Shown one piece after another: positions 26,152-35,418 of a stretch of DNA of 64,000 nucleotides. The stretch's first letter is position 1. Every line of letters begins with the position of its first letter. The translations under genes and the position numbers were made by a program. This stretch comes from an uncultured bacterium (GTDB lineage Bacteria; Patescibacteriota; Minisyncoccia; UBA6257; GWB1-50-10), in contig OY970216.1 of the NCBI GenBank assembly GCA_963713955.1, forward strand, positions 637,483 through 701,482, given 5' to 3'. Under the pieces are notes generated by a model. The model did no database searches. It saw only the letters and a list, made by a program, of their open reading frames with translations, and was not told where the DNA came from.

Positions 26152-26772
26152 CTATTTATTCCAACCAAAAAGGTAAACGAGATAAGCAATGACTAGGCCT
26201 ATAATAACTGTAGATATGATCTTATTTTTCTTAATCCAACGCCAGGCATTACCAAAAACAAGTCTCCAATACGCACGATGCGGATTTTTAACATCCTTAA
26301 TGGTAATTCCTTCTGGCGTGAATTCTTTCCCTACCTGGACAAAAGACACTGAACCACCAGCACCACCATCGCCGCCCTTGCTACCATTGAATCCATGACC
26401 ACCGTGACCGCCAGAAGCCTCAATTTTAGGTCCGGAGCTCTTCGGCTCGAACAATGACTTGAATTCCTCTTCGCCCATACTTTCTAGTTTCCCGTGTATA
26501 TAATTCAGATCCTGTATCACAGCATCAATATCATCGAGAATTTCCACATTGTTTGAAAAGGCAGAAAGATACACATCACTATTCTTGCTTAACGCGTTAA
26601 TATACTTCTCATACTTGCCGTAGGCCTGAGTCAATCCGGCCCGATGTATCAATAATGTCCGTTCCCGTGAGTCGGAAGATAACGAATAATCGGCGTTCAC
26701 AAAGGTTCGCCGGTAATTTTCAACCTGAGAACGAAAGACTGAAACTTGTGTTTTTAAATCATTAATTGTCAT
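26152..26772 (-). CDS. Hypothetical protein with Gly-rich segment and C-terminal TM anchor (island)
   Basis: Start at MTINDLKT; SGGHGGHGFNGSKGGDGGAGGS; C-terminal IISTVIIGLVIAYLVYLFGW. Confidence 0.4.
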   Translation of the reverse strand: MTINDLKTQVSVFRSQVENYRRTFVNADYSLSSDSRERTLLIHRAGLTQAYGKYEKYINALSKNSDVYLSAFSNNVEILDDIDAVIQDLNYIHGKLESMGEEEFKSLFEPKSSGPKIEASGGHGGHGFNGSKGGDGGAGGSVSFVQVGKEFTPEGITIKDVKNPHRAYWRLVFGNAWRWIKKNKIISTVIIGLVIAYLVYLFGWNK

Positions 26773-26798
26773 TACTCTCTGGCACACCTACTCATCTG

Positions 26799-26850
26799 GC
26801 AGTTCACTAACAATCCAAGCCGGGCGATGCCCGGCTTGGAAGTGATTGAC
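26799..26850 (-). terminator. Hairpin terminator downstream of the R-M pair
   Basis: CCAAGCCGGGCAUCGCCCGGCUUGG on the minus strand followed by AUUGUUAG. Confidence 0.4.
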
Positions 26851-26967
26851 TTTCGAGTCGGGGCTCTTTCTCTCTATTCCCCGCCTGCTCTTTATTCGAT
26901 TACCTTAATTTTAACCCTCTTAAATTAGAACACAAAGAAGTTGTCCACCTTGCCTCCAGAGCTTGGA

Positions 26968-27765
26968 TCAGATGATTGTCGTCACTTTTTCGTACAACAT
27001 TGGCAAACAATCCTGCCTCATGCGGAATTTTGTCCCATGATTGTGGCCAGTGCGGGCATCGAAATCAACAAGCACATTGCCCTTTTCTAAAGCCTTCAAG
27101 AATCCTTCGAAGCTAAATTTCTGCAACATCATCACTTTTGTATATTTGTAATATTCTTTTCCACGTTCTACCTTCGATTCCGCTTGAACATAGAAAGCAT
27201 TAAGTAATTTCGTACCAGCCTTATGTTCTAGATCATCAAATCCCCAATACGGTTGCGGATCAAGTTCACCTAACCCGGTTCGTTTCTTGACTAGCTTAAG
27301 CCAATCCTTGTGTCTAGGATCAACACTTTTGGCATTAAACGAAACTAAGACCTTCTCTTCCTTACGATCTATGGTAACTTTAAAACCACGATCGCTTCGT
27401 GACTTACCATGAATAGTTTGACGAAAACTCATCTCGCCTTTCCTATACAGCTTCCCCGCTTCCTCATGGGGCCATCCGTATAGAGGAAGTAAAACCTGGG
27501 GCACGAATCTTATAGCACGGGGCGACGGTTCAGTATGAAATAGTGTGGTTAGCGAGGTGGTGTTTGTCCTCTGCGCCTTCAATTCCCACTCCGCCGCGTT
27601 CGGGATTGGTAGGTTATTCTCTTTAATACCAAGCAGATCCTCAAGTGTATTACCTACGCCGCCAGTATTACCCCTCCGTGCGTTTGGGATCCACCCCATC
27701 GCAGAAATTTTTCTCAGTTTTGCTATCAATGCTGGTTTTGTATAGATTACTGGTCTCTTCTTCAT
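26968..27765 (-). CDS. Type II restriction endonuclease, MvaI/BcnI family-like
   Basis: N-terminal LRKISAMGWIPNARRGNTGGVGNTLEDLLGIKENNLPIPNAAEWELK resembles the MvaI/BcnI catalytic N-terminus; 3 nt downstream of an N4/N6 MTase. Confidence 0.6.
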   Translation of the reverse strand: MKKRPVIYTKPALIAKLRKISAMGWIPNARRGNTGGVGNTLEDLLGIKENNLPIPNAAEWELKAQRTNTTSLTTLFHTEPSPRAIRFVPQVLLPLYGWPHEEAGKLYRKGEMSFRQTIHGKSRSDRGFKVTIDRKEEKVLVSFNAKSVDPRHKDWLKLVKKRTGLGELDPQPYWGFDDLEHKAGTKLLNAFYVQAESKVERGKEYYKYTKVMMLQKFSFEGFLKALEKGNVLVDFDARTGHNHGTKFRMRQDCLPMLYEKVTTII

Positions 27766-27767
27766 AG

Positions 27768-28577
27768 TTATAAGAGCTTTGACTGGTGTTTATACTCTTT
27801 AATTCTCTTTTCTGCCATCTCACAATATTCTGGTGAGACATCTATTCCTATATAGTTTCGCTTATTGTTCATCGCAGCAATTGCTGTAGTACCAGAACCC
27901 ATAAATGGATCCAAGATCATCTTGGCATTCGTCGCGGAAACAATCCGGTCAATTAAATTAACCGGAAAGGCAGCGGGATGTTCATTATTCATTTCTTGAG
28001 TAAATTCCCAAACATCGCCACGAGCATTAGCTTTTGGCGAAAGTTTGAACTTAGGCTTGGCAATCAGATAGATTACCTCGTAAGTTGGAAGGAAATAACC
28101 CGGGTTGAAATTCAATCCCCCTTTTCGCTTCCAGATAATAATCTGGCGAATTGGAAAACCACTGACGATATCCTGACGATCTTGCAGTAAACCACCCTGC
28201 ACGCGCCACTTGTGGTTGTAAAAAATTGCACCATCATCTGGTATAACTCGCATCATCTCTGTCAGGCAATCTCTTTGCCACTTAACATATTCTTCGTGTG
28301 GCATACAGTCATCATGGTTCGCATACCCTTTTTGAAGTGCGGCATTGGCCCATTTGCCACCTCGACCATCTTTCATTCCATTGCCAGTAGAATTCTTCAA
28401 GTTATAGGGCGGCGAAGTGACCACCAGATCAACCGCCCCATCCGGTATCTGTCTCATTACATCAACTGCATCACCACAAATGATCTTGTTTATAAAATCT
28501 TTGGGAAATCTAATGTCTTTTGAGATTTGTTTATTCGGAGTAATAGTTCCTCTTTTTAATACTGTTGATGGTTTCAT
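27768..28577 (-). CDS. DNA methyltransferase, beta-class N4-cytosine/N6-adenine (SPPY motif)
   Basis: DLVVTSPPYNL (motif IV) and LDPFMGSGTTAIAA (FxGxG SAM-binding motif I) in circularly permuted beta order, as in M.MvaI/M.BcnI-type m4C MTases. Confidence 0.85.
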   Translation of the reverse strand: MKPSTVLKRGTITPNKQISKDIRFPKDFINKIICGDAVDVMRQIPDGAVDLVVTSPPYNLKNSTGNGMKDGRGGKWANAALQKGYANHDDCMPHEEYVKWQRDCLTEMMRVIPDDGAIFYNHKWRVQGGLLQDRQDIVSGFPIRQIIIWKRKGGLNFNPGYFLPTYEVIYLIAKPKFKLSPKANARGDVWEFTQEMNNEHPAAFPVNLIDRIVSATNAKMILDPFMGSGTTAIAAMNNKRNYIGIDVSPEYCEMAEKRIKEYKHQSKLL

Positions 28578-28722
28578 GATGGGAAGGATATAAGCTAATA
28601 TTACCCCATTTTTCTGTATTTTTCATCATCGAATATTATACGCAGCCGTGTTTAGTCATTTATTTAGATCCTTCCTTTTTCCCTTTTCTCCAACCACCAT
28701 TTCTTGAAAAACGGCATAAAAA

Positions 28723-29082
28723 TCAGAGCTCCGTATACTTTCTATGGCTCCCCCACGCTTTCTTGACGGGGTATTTTTTCTCGTTCTTCTCCATCTTCTT
28801 CTCCAAAGCTTTCTTAATGTCTATATCCAAATCGTGGCTCATAAGGAGCACCCAGTAGAGCACATCGGCCAGTTCTTCACCTATGTGCTCCTTGTGGGTT
28901 TTGATGTATTTTTTAATTTCCTCGCCATTCTTCCACTGGAAGTGCTCCAAGACTTCAGCGGCTTCCAAGGAAAGAGAAATGGCCACATCCTTCGGATTGT
29001 GAAACTGCTTCCAATTCCTGGCGTTCCTGAACTTTAAAATCCTGTTGGTTAGCGCTTTTATGTCGGACATGGTATCCCTCAA
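28723..29082 (-). CDS. MazG-like nucleotide pyrophosphohydrolase (all-alpha NTP-PPase)
   Basis: LSLEAAEVLEHFQW..EELADVLYWVLLMSHDL EExxE/D motifs. Confidence 0.7.
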   Translation of the reverse strand: MRDTMSDIKALTNRILKFRNARNWKQFHNPKDVAISLSLEAAEVLEHFQWKNGEEIKKYIKTHKEHIGEELADVLYWVLLMSHDLDIDIKKALEKKMEKNEKKYPVKKAWGSHRKYTEL

Positions 29083-29188
29083 ATTCTACCCCTTCCGCCT
29101 CTCCATAATCCGCCAGCCGGCGGATGTGGATAACCATCCCCCACCCCGCCGAAAAGCAGAAAGGCGCCATCTGAGTTAGAATATACCT

Positions 29189-29884
29189 ATGGACCTCAAT
29201 GGCAAAATCGTTGTTATTACAGGTGGCAGCAAAGGTTTAGGTAGATCTCTGGCTGAACTTTTGTCAAAAGAAGGTGCGAAACTGGCTATCTGTTCTCCCG
29301 AGGAGGAGGAAATTCTTGCGGTTGCGAAGGAGATTGGTTGCTTGGGAATACGAGCCGATGTACGCCGCGAAGAAGAAGTTAAAAAACTTGCTGAACTTAC
29401 GGAGCGGGAATTTGGAAGAATTGACATATGGATAAACAATGCCGGCATCCGGATTCCGAGAGTTCCACTCGAGGATACAGACATGAAAAGAGTGCACGAG
29501 ATGGTGGAAGTGAATCTTTTCGGGACAATGTACGGTTCCAAGGCGGCGATGATCCAAATGAAAAAACGAAAAGAAGGTACAATCGTAAACATACTTTCGA
29601 CAAGTGCACTTGAGGGAGCGAAATATTCCACCGGATACGGAGCCAGCAAGGGCGGAGCCATAGCTTTTACGAAATCGCTCAGAGTAGAACTTTCACCCTT
29701 TGGAATAAGTGTCATCGGTGTTTATCCCAAGGGAATGAGAACGGAGTTTTTCCGCGAGAATAAGCCAGCTGATTATGAAAAATACATGGACCCAAGAGAA
29801 GTAGCACGGCAAATCGTGAACAATCTCAAGAAAAACAAACCGGAAGAAGAATTCTTCATCAAAACTGATCCGTCTGCTCCTTAA
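29189..29884 (+). CDS. Short-chain dehydrogenase/reductase (SDR) family oxidoreductase
   Basis: ITGGSKGLG (TGxxxGxG), NNAG, YGASKGG (YxxxK). Confidence 0.85.
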   Translation: MDLNGKIVVITGGSKGLGRSLAELLSKEGAKLAICSPEEEEILAVAKEIGCLGIRADVRREEEVKKLAELTEREFGRIDIWINNAGIRIPRVPLEDTDMKRVHEMVEVNLFGTMYGSKAAMIQMKKRKEGTIVNILSTSALEGAKYSTGYGASKGGAIAFTKSLRVELSPFGISVIGVYPKGMRTEFFRENKPADYEKYMDPREVARQIVNNLKKNKPEEEFFIKTDPSAP

Positions 29885-29937
29885 GTTCTCCTCCCACAAA
29901 CAAAAAAGCATGGCGTTTTCCTGCTATAATTGAACTA

Positions 29938-31157
29938 ATGAACTTTCGTTTCAGAGAATCTTTTACCTTAATTGAGCTTCTTGTAGTCATAGCCATCCTT
30001 GCCGTCTTAGCAACCGCCGTCATCCTAATCCTGAATCCTGCCCAGCTCTTAGCCCAAGGAAGAGACTCCACCAGACTCTCTGATCTTGCAGCTCTGAATA
30101 GTGCTCTCTCCCTCTTCCAGGCTGATCAATGGAGTCAATCCATGGGATTAGCTTCCACCACCTATATCTCAGTCCCTGATCATCATCCACCTGTGGTAAT
30201 CTAGGCCTCCCTGCCTTACCTTCAGGCTATTCCTATCACTGTGTCCCCAGTGCTTCCTCCACGAGAATAGATGGTACCGGCTGGATTCCCGTCAATCTAA
30301 CCCTCATATCATCAGGATCTCCTCTTTCGAAGCTCCCCCTAGACCCCCTGAACACTACCTCGAGTGGAGAATACTATACCTATACGCCAGGAGGATCCTT
30401 TGAACTCACGGCCATACCCGAGTCCCAGAAGTACCGCGCTCAGTATCAAACCATTCCTCCCCTTCAGAACATTCCTGGAGTTATAGCCTATGGATCGAAT
30501 CTTTCCCTCTCTCCCCTCTTCAATACCCAAGGGTTAGTGGGGTATTGGCCGCTGGATGGAAACTCTAATGATATGTCTGGGAATGGGAATAATGGGAGTT
30601 TAACGGCGGGGGTAGGATGGGGAAACGGTAAAATTGGTTCAGCGTTGAGTTTAAATGGTAGTGGTAATGATTACGCTCGGGTTTCTCGTGTGGTGGCCAA
30701 TGATTTTTCAATTTGTTTATATGTTAAGGCATTGAGTGATTCTACGTCGGGATCGCAATGGTACCATGGACAGGGACTTTTTGATTCAGAGGTTAGTGGT
30801 GTCGTGAACGACTACGGCGTAGCATATCTTAATAACAAGGCTGCGTTTGGTACGGGGAACCCCGACACAACTATCCAGAGCACCCAATTCATAAACGATG
30901 GAATATGGCATCAAGTATGTGCTACCAGGATACAAAGTAGCGGAAGCATTTTTTTGTACGTAGACAGCAATTTACAGGCGAGTACAACTGAGGCGAATAC
31001 CGCATCTCTCACGGCACCGACATATTCTTATATGGGCAGCTCAAATGGAGGTGTCGGAAATCACGGGATCATTAATGGCCTCATCGACGACGTTCGCGTC
31101 TACAACAGGGCTTTGTCAGCAGCAGAGATTGCGGCTATATACAACGCCCAGAAATAA
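29938..31157 (+). pseudogene. Prepilin::LamG paralog 2, disrupted by a frameshift (4-nt deficit relative to paralog 3 near 30170-30200)
   Basis: Frame A 29938..30204 (MNFRFRES|FTLIELLVVIAILAVLA...SVPDHHPPVVI*); frame B continues ..SSSTCGNLGLPALPSGYSYHCVPSASSTRIDGTGWIPVNLT.. through 30537..31157 (..GLIDDVRVYNRALSAAEIAAIYNAQK). Confidence 0.6.
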
Positions 31158-31165
31158 ATACTCAA

Positions 31166-31196
31166 CCTCCCGCTCTCCATAAATCTGTGGATAACT
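31166..31196. repeat. Family C repeat, 5' module in inverted orientation, between paralogs 2 and 3
   Basis: cctcccgctctccataaatctgtggataact is the reverse complement of agttatccacagatttatggagagcgggagg. Confidence 0.6.
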
Positions 31197-31251
31197 ATCT
31201 CCTCCTTTCAAAAACAAAAAGCCAGGACATTTTCCTGCTATAATTAAACAA

Positions 31252-32478
31252 ATGAACTTTCGTTCCCGAAGCAGCTTCACTTTGATCGAGCTCCTTGTCG
31301 TGATCGCGATCCTGGCTGTCCTAGCCACAGCAGTCGTCCTAGTCTTAAACCCCTCCCAGCTCCTTGCTCAGGGAAGGGATTCCACCCGTCTCTCAGACCT
31401 GGCAGCTCTGAATAGCGCTTTATCCTTGTTCCAGGCTGATGCCTATACCCAGTCATTGGGGACTCCCAATACCCTCTACATCTCAGTCCCTGACAATGCC
31501 TCCTCCACCTGTGGATCCCTGGGTCTTCCCACCCCTCCCACAGGCTATTCCTATCACTGTGTCCCCAGTGCTTCCTCCACGAGAATAGATGGTACCGGCT
31601 GGATTCCCGTCAATCTAACCCTCATATCATCAGGATCTCCTCTTTCGAAGCTCCCTATTGATCCCATAAACACTACCTCATCTGGTCTCTACTACACCTA
31701 TGTCTCAGGAGGATCATATGAATTGACCGGTCTACCTGAATCACAGAAGTACAAGGCACAGATTGAAGGCAACCCAATGATTCCCATGATTCCCGGAGTC
31801 ATAGCCTATGGTTCCAACCTTACCTTATCTCCCTTGTTCAGTACCCAGGGGTTAGTGGGCTATTGGCCTCTCGATGAAGGGTCCGGCTCAACAGCCAATG
31901 ATATGAGTGGGAATGGGAATAATGGGACGTGGAATGGAAGTGGAACGCATTATGCTCAGGGTAAGGTTGGGGGGTTCGCTGGGCAATTCAATGGGACAAG
32001 CACACAAGATTACACTAGCGCTCCTTATAACACTTCACTCAATGTAACGAGTCTTACTATAACCGCCTGGGTCAAAAACTCGGCAACGGGAGAGAGGGTT
32101 GTCGCCTCAAAATTTGGTTCATCACCTTATCAAGGTTATTGGTTTGGCGAAGACAGTGGTGGTGGATTGCGGGTTTGCTTAGGTACAGGTGGTCAGACAT
32201 GTATTAATAAGGGACTTTTTCCTACCGATAATACCTGGCATTTTATTTCTTTTACTTATGACAATACGACCGGTACTTGGAATTTCTATATTGATGCTTC
32301 TACAACTGGTTCATCTACGGCAGTTACCGCTATAGCACCGGTTAATACGGATTTTCGGATCGGAGTCGGCCAGTGGAGTTCAAGCGACTATTTTCAGGGA
32401 CTAATCGACGATGTTCGTATCTACAACCGAGCGTTGTCCGCAGCGGAGATAGCTGCTATCTATAACGCACAGAAGTAA
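31252..32478 (+). CDS. Prepilin::LamG paralog 3
   Basis: MNFRSRSS|FTLIELLVVIAILAVLA..; C-terminal GLIDDVRIYNRALSAAEIAAIYNAQK. Confidence 0.8.
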   Translation: MNFRSRSSFTLIELLVVIAILAVLATAVVLVLNPSQLLAQGRDSTRLSDLAALNSALSLFQADAYTQSLGTPNTLYISVPDNASSTCGSLGLPTPPTGYSYHCVPSASSTRIDGTGWIPVNLTLISSGSPLSKLPIDPINTTSSGLYYTYVSGGSYELTGLPESQKYKAQIEGNPMIPMIPGVIAYGSNLTLSPLFSTQGLVGYWPLDEGSGSTANDMSGNGNNGTWNGSGTHYAQGKVGGFAGQFNGTSTQDYTSAPYNTSLNVTSLTITAWVKNSATGERVVASKFGSSPYQGYWFGEDSGGGLRVCLGTGGQTCINKGLFPTDNTWHFISFTYDNTTGTWNFYIDASTTGSSTAVTAIAPVNTDFRIGVGQWSSSDYFQGLIDDVRIYNRALSAAEIAAIYNAQK

Positions 32479-32486
32479 TTCCGTTT

Positions 32487-32783
32487 TTATTTATCTTTTT
32501 CCTTTTTTGAAAGCCCCCACGACCTATGCGTAGGTGTGCGGGTTAACCACCACTTCTTGAAGAAGGGCATCGTGAGCGTGGAAAGCATGAAGGCGACTGC
32601 CGGGACGACGGCATTCAGCCACGGGTTCGGAATCCTGATCGCCCACATATAGACGCCAAGCGCGAGGTACGTGAAGACTGTGAGGAGCCCGCGCCTCGTC
32701 CAACTCTTCTCCCACGCCTTGTCCCCCTCGACTTTTTTGTTTCTCTCCTCGATCCTTTGAACTCTCTCCTCGAAATTCTCCAT
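32487..32783 (-). CDS. Hypothetical small membrane protein (paralog of 16796..17293)
   Basis: Start at MENFEERVQRIEERNKK; two TM helices. Confidence 0.45.
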   Translation of the reverse strand: MENFEERVQRIEERNKKVEGDKAWEKSWTRRGLLTVFTYLALGVYMWAIRIPNPWLNAVVPAVAFMLSTLTMPFFKKWWLTRTPTHRSWGLSKKEKDK

Positions 32784-32787
32784 AGCT

Positions 32788-33108
32788 TTATTTCTTCTTT
32801 CTTTTCCCTCCCTGCTGCCCGGGTTTCGCATTCTTCACCGGAAGCTGCTTTTTGTTCTTCTTGACGATCTTCTCGATCACCTCTTCGAAGACGGCGCCGT
32901 TCCCGTTCGCGAGAAGCGCGAGGACCCAGTAGACGTCGTCGATATTATCTTCCACCTCTTCCCAGTCGTACTTCAGGAATTTCTTCAGAATCTCCGCATC
33001 CTCCTCCAATTTGACGGCATTCCGGAGCTCGCCGATCCCCGCGACGACGTTCAAAAGGAGATCCTTGGGATTCGAAATCTTGCCAGCCGGTATTTTGGTG
33101 TCAGACAT
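32788..33108 (-). CDS. MazG-like nucleotide pyrophosphohydrolase, second paralog
   Basis: 106 aa; ELRNAVKLEEDAEILKKFL..DDVYWVLALLA; Lys-rich C-terminus. Confidence 0.6.
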   Translation of the reverse strand: MSDTKIPAGKISNPKDLLLNVVAGIGELRNAVKLEEDAEILKKFLKYDWEEVEDNIDDVYWVLALLANGNGAVFEEVIEKIVKKNKKQLPVKNAKPGQQGGKRKKK

Positions 33109-33152
33109 GGTATTACCTGAATTCTAGCGCTTTTCCAAGACCACGACAATTT

Positions 33153-33184
33153 GGGGACTCCCGGGGACTTCGCACCGGGAGGCC
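33153..33184. repeat. Family C hairpin module (inverted): ggggactcccggggacttcgcaccgggaggcc
   Basis: Reverse complement ggcctcccggtgcgaagtccccgggagtcccc matches 16273-16301. Confidence 0.55.
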
Positions 33185-33211
33185 ATAGATCCTGGGGATA
33201 AACTGCAGTCA

Positions 33212-34450
33212 CTATCTTGAAAACCTTCGGGGAGATTCTCCTCTCCTCCCGAACCGCGAAGTGCGATAAGGGACATGCCGCCTCTCAAATCGCTTCGGTT
33301 CAAGCTTCAAGTGCAACGGATGAGGAGAAGGCAAAACAGGAAGCTTCGAAACGGGCAACACGGCTCGGATGAGACGCTCAATTGCGCGCACGTCTTGGCG
33401 CTGATTCGGGCGCGCGAAGGAGATCGCATGACCCGACGAGCCCGCGCGTCCCGTGCGGCCGATCCGATGCACGTAATCCCCCGGGTTTTCCGGAAGATCA
33501 TAGTTCACAACAAGCTCGATATTATTCACATCGATGCCGCGGGAAGCGATGTCCGTCGCGACGAGCACGCGATATCTCCCCCGTTTGAATCCCTCGAGCG
33601 CTTCCTGCCGCTGGCGGAGCGACCGATTCGAATGGATCTCGGCGGCGGTATGCCCGAGCCCGCGGAGCAGGGCGGCTATTTTTCTCGCGCCGTACTTCGT
33701 CCGCGAAAAAACCAGGACGGATCCCAAGTAGTCCTGCATCACTTTTTCCAAAAGGCGCGGCTTGTCTTCCTGCGGCACGAAAAATATCTCATGCGTCACG
33801 TCTTTTGCGGTTGTCCCCGACTTCGCGATCTCGACGCGGATCGGAAGCTTCATGTACGCGCGGGCTATCTTGACGATTTCGTCCGGCATCGTCGCCGAAA
33901 AAAGCATCGTCTGTCGCTCATGCGGAAGCACCGCGAGAATCTGTTTCAACTGCGGAGCGAAACCCATGTCGAGCATGCGATCGGCCTCATCGAGCACGAG
34001 TATCTCCGTTTTTTGAAGCGACACGGTTTTCTGTCTCATGTGATCTAAAATTCTTCCCGGAGTTCCGATGATAATCTGGGGATTGCGCTCGAGGTCGCGA
34101 CGCTGGCGCCATATCGGCTCGCCGCCGATCAGGGTCGCGGTTTTGAGTCCGAGCGAACCTCCGATTTTCCCCAAGGTCTCACTGATCTGGATCGCAAGTT
34201 CGCGGGTGGGCGCAATGACGAGACCCAGGGAATCGTTTTTCAAAATACGCTGGAGAAGCGGGACGCCGAACGCGAGCGTCTTTCCCGTTCCCGTCTGCGC
34301 AATACCCATGACGTCTTTCCCTTCCACGCCGACGGGAATCGCCTGCTCCTGAATGGGGGTAGGAACGGTAAAATGAAGTTTCGTCAGGATTTCCAGAATG
34401 CCGGGCGCGATGCCGAGGCCGTAAAAATTCTTTTTATCGAGGATTGCCAT
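33212..34450 (-). CDS. DEAD-box ATP-dependent RNA helicase
   Basis: Q-motif region, AQTGTGKT (motif I), VLDEADRMLDMGF (motif II), SAT, HRIGRTGRAG (motif VI); basic C-terminal tail. Confidence 0.85.
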   Translation of the reverse strand: MAILDKKNFYGLGIAPGILEILTKLHFTVPTPIQEQAIPVGVEGKDVMGIAQTGTGKTLAFGVPLLQRILKNDSLGLVIAPTRELAIQISETLGKIGGSLGLKTATLIGGEPIWRQRRDLERNPQIIIGTPGRILDHMRQKTVSLQKTEILVLDEADRMLDMGFAPQLKQILAVLPHERQTMLFSATMPDEIVKIARAYMKLPIRVEIAKSGTTAKDVTHEIFFVPQEDKPRLLEKVMQDYLGSVLVFSRTKYGARKIAALLRGLGHTAAEIHSNRSLRQRQEALEGFKRGRYRVLVATDIASRGIDVNNIELVVNYDLPENPGDYVHRIGRTGRAGSSGHAISFARPNQRQDVRAIERLIRAVLPVSKLPVLPSPHPLHLKLEPKRFERRHVPYRTSRFGRRGESPRRFSR

Positions 34451-34457
34451 CGCATTT

Positions 34458-35396
34458 TTATTTCCAGGGGAAGTCGCGGCCGAAATGGCCCCACGCGGCC
34501 GTGTCGGCCCATTTTACAGTATCGAGTTTCAGGAACTCGTAAATTCCTCTGGGCGAGAGATCATATCCCGCGATCTCCATCTCTTTCCCGTCAATCTCGG
34601 CGACAGCCATGACCGGATCCTTTTTCCCGATCGCGTAGGCAAGTTTTACTCGCACATTCTCCGCTCCATATTTCTCGAGATAGTCTACGGCAATCCGCCG
34701 CGCCATGTAGGCGCCGCTCCGGTCCACTTTCGTGTAATCCTTGCCCGAGAACGAACCGCCGCCGACGCCGATTTCCGGACCGTAGTTGTCAATCACAATC
34801 TTTCTTCCCGAAAGGCCCGAGTCAGCGTCGAATCCGCCGACCGGCCACTCTCCCGTCGGGTTTATCAAATACTTATCAGCTTGTATTATTTCCCGAGCCA
34901 GTTTCTCGAGATCCGGCGTTTTTGTGGTCTGGAAACTCGCGACGACAGTTTTTGCTCTGCCGTCTTCCACCGTCACCTGCGTCTTGCCATCAAAAGGATA
35001 TTTTTCATAGATCTTCCGACAGACATCACGCGCAAGCTCATATTCCAGAGGCATGTAGTTCTTGGTCTCGCGGGTCGCATACCCGATCATAATTCCCTGA
35101 TCGCCGGCGCCTCCGGCATCGACGCCCTGCCCGATGTACTGGCTCTGTTTCACGACGAACGTCCGAACCTCGAAACTCGGACCGACGAGATTCTTCACAA
35201 TCCCCACGATATCAACGTTCGCACCACTCGTGACTTCACCGGAAACAGTTATCTGACCGTGGCCGCCGACCGCTTCCAAGGCGACGCGGCTTTTCGGATC
35301 TCCCTTCATAAATTCATCGAGGAGGGTATCCACGATGACGTCGCACATCTTGTCGGGATGCTTCGGCGATACGAATTCTGCTGTTTTTATGTTCAT
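34458..35396 (-). CDS. metK: S-adenosylmethionine synthetase (compact, 312 aa)
   Basis: SPKHPDKMCD, GAGDQG, GGGSFSGKD, DRSGAY signatures. Confidence 0.85.
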   Translation of the reverse strand: MNIKTAEFVSPKHPDKMCDVIVDTLLDEFMKGDPKSRVALEAVGGHGQITVSGEVTSGANVDIVGIVKNLVGPSFEVRTFVVKQSQYIGQGVDAGGAGDQGIMIGYATRETKNYMPLEYELARDVCRKIYEKYPFDGKTQVTVEDGRAKTVVASFQTTKTPDLEKLAREIIQADKYLINPTGEWPVGGFDADSGLSGRKIVIDNYGPEIGVGGGSFSGKDYTKVDRSGAYMARRIAVDYLEKYGAENVRVKLAYAIGKKDPVMAVAEIDGKEMEIAGYDLSPRGIYEFLKLDTVKWADTAAWGHFGRDFPWK

Positions 35397-35418
35397 TGGT
35401 TTTTTTTAACTAAATACG

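Larger units (their letters stand above)
25300..28720. mobile_element. AT-rich (~35% GC against ~55% background) putatively horizontally acquired island carrying a type II R-M system; no integrase or tRNA flank seen
   Basis: Abrupt composition shift; five genes all on the minus strand; MTase-REase pair. Confidence 0.45.
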
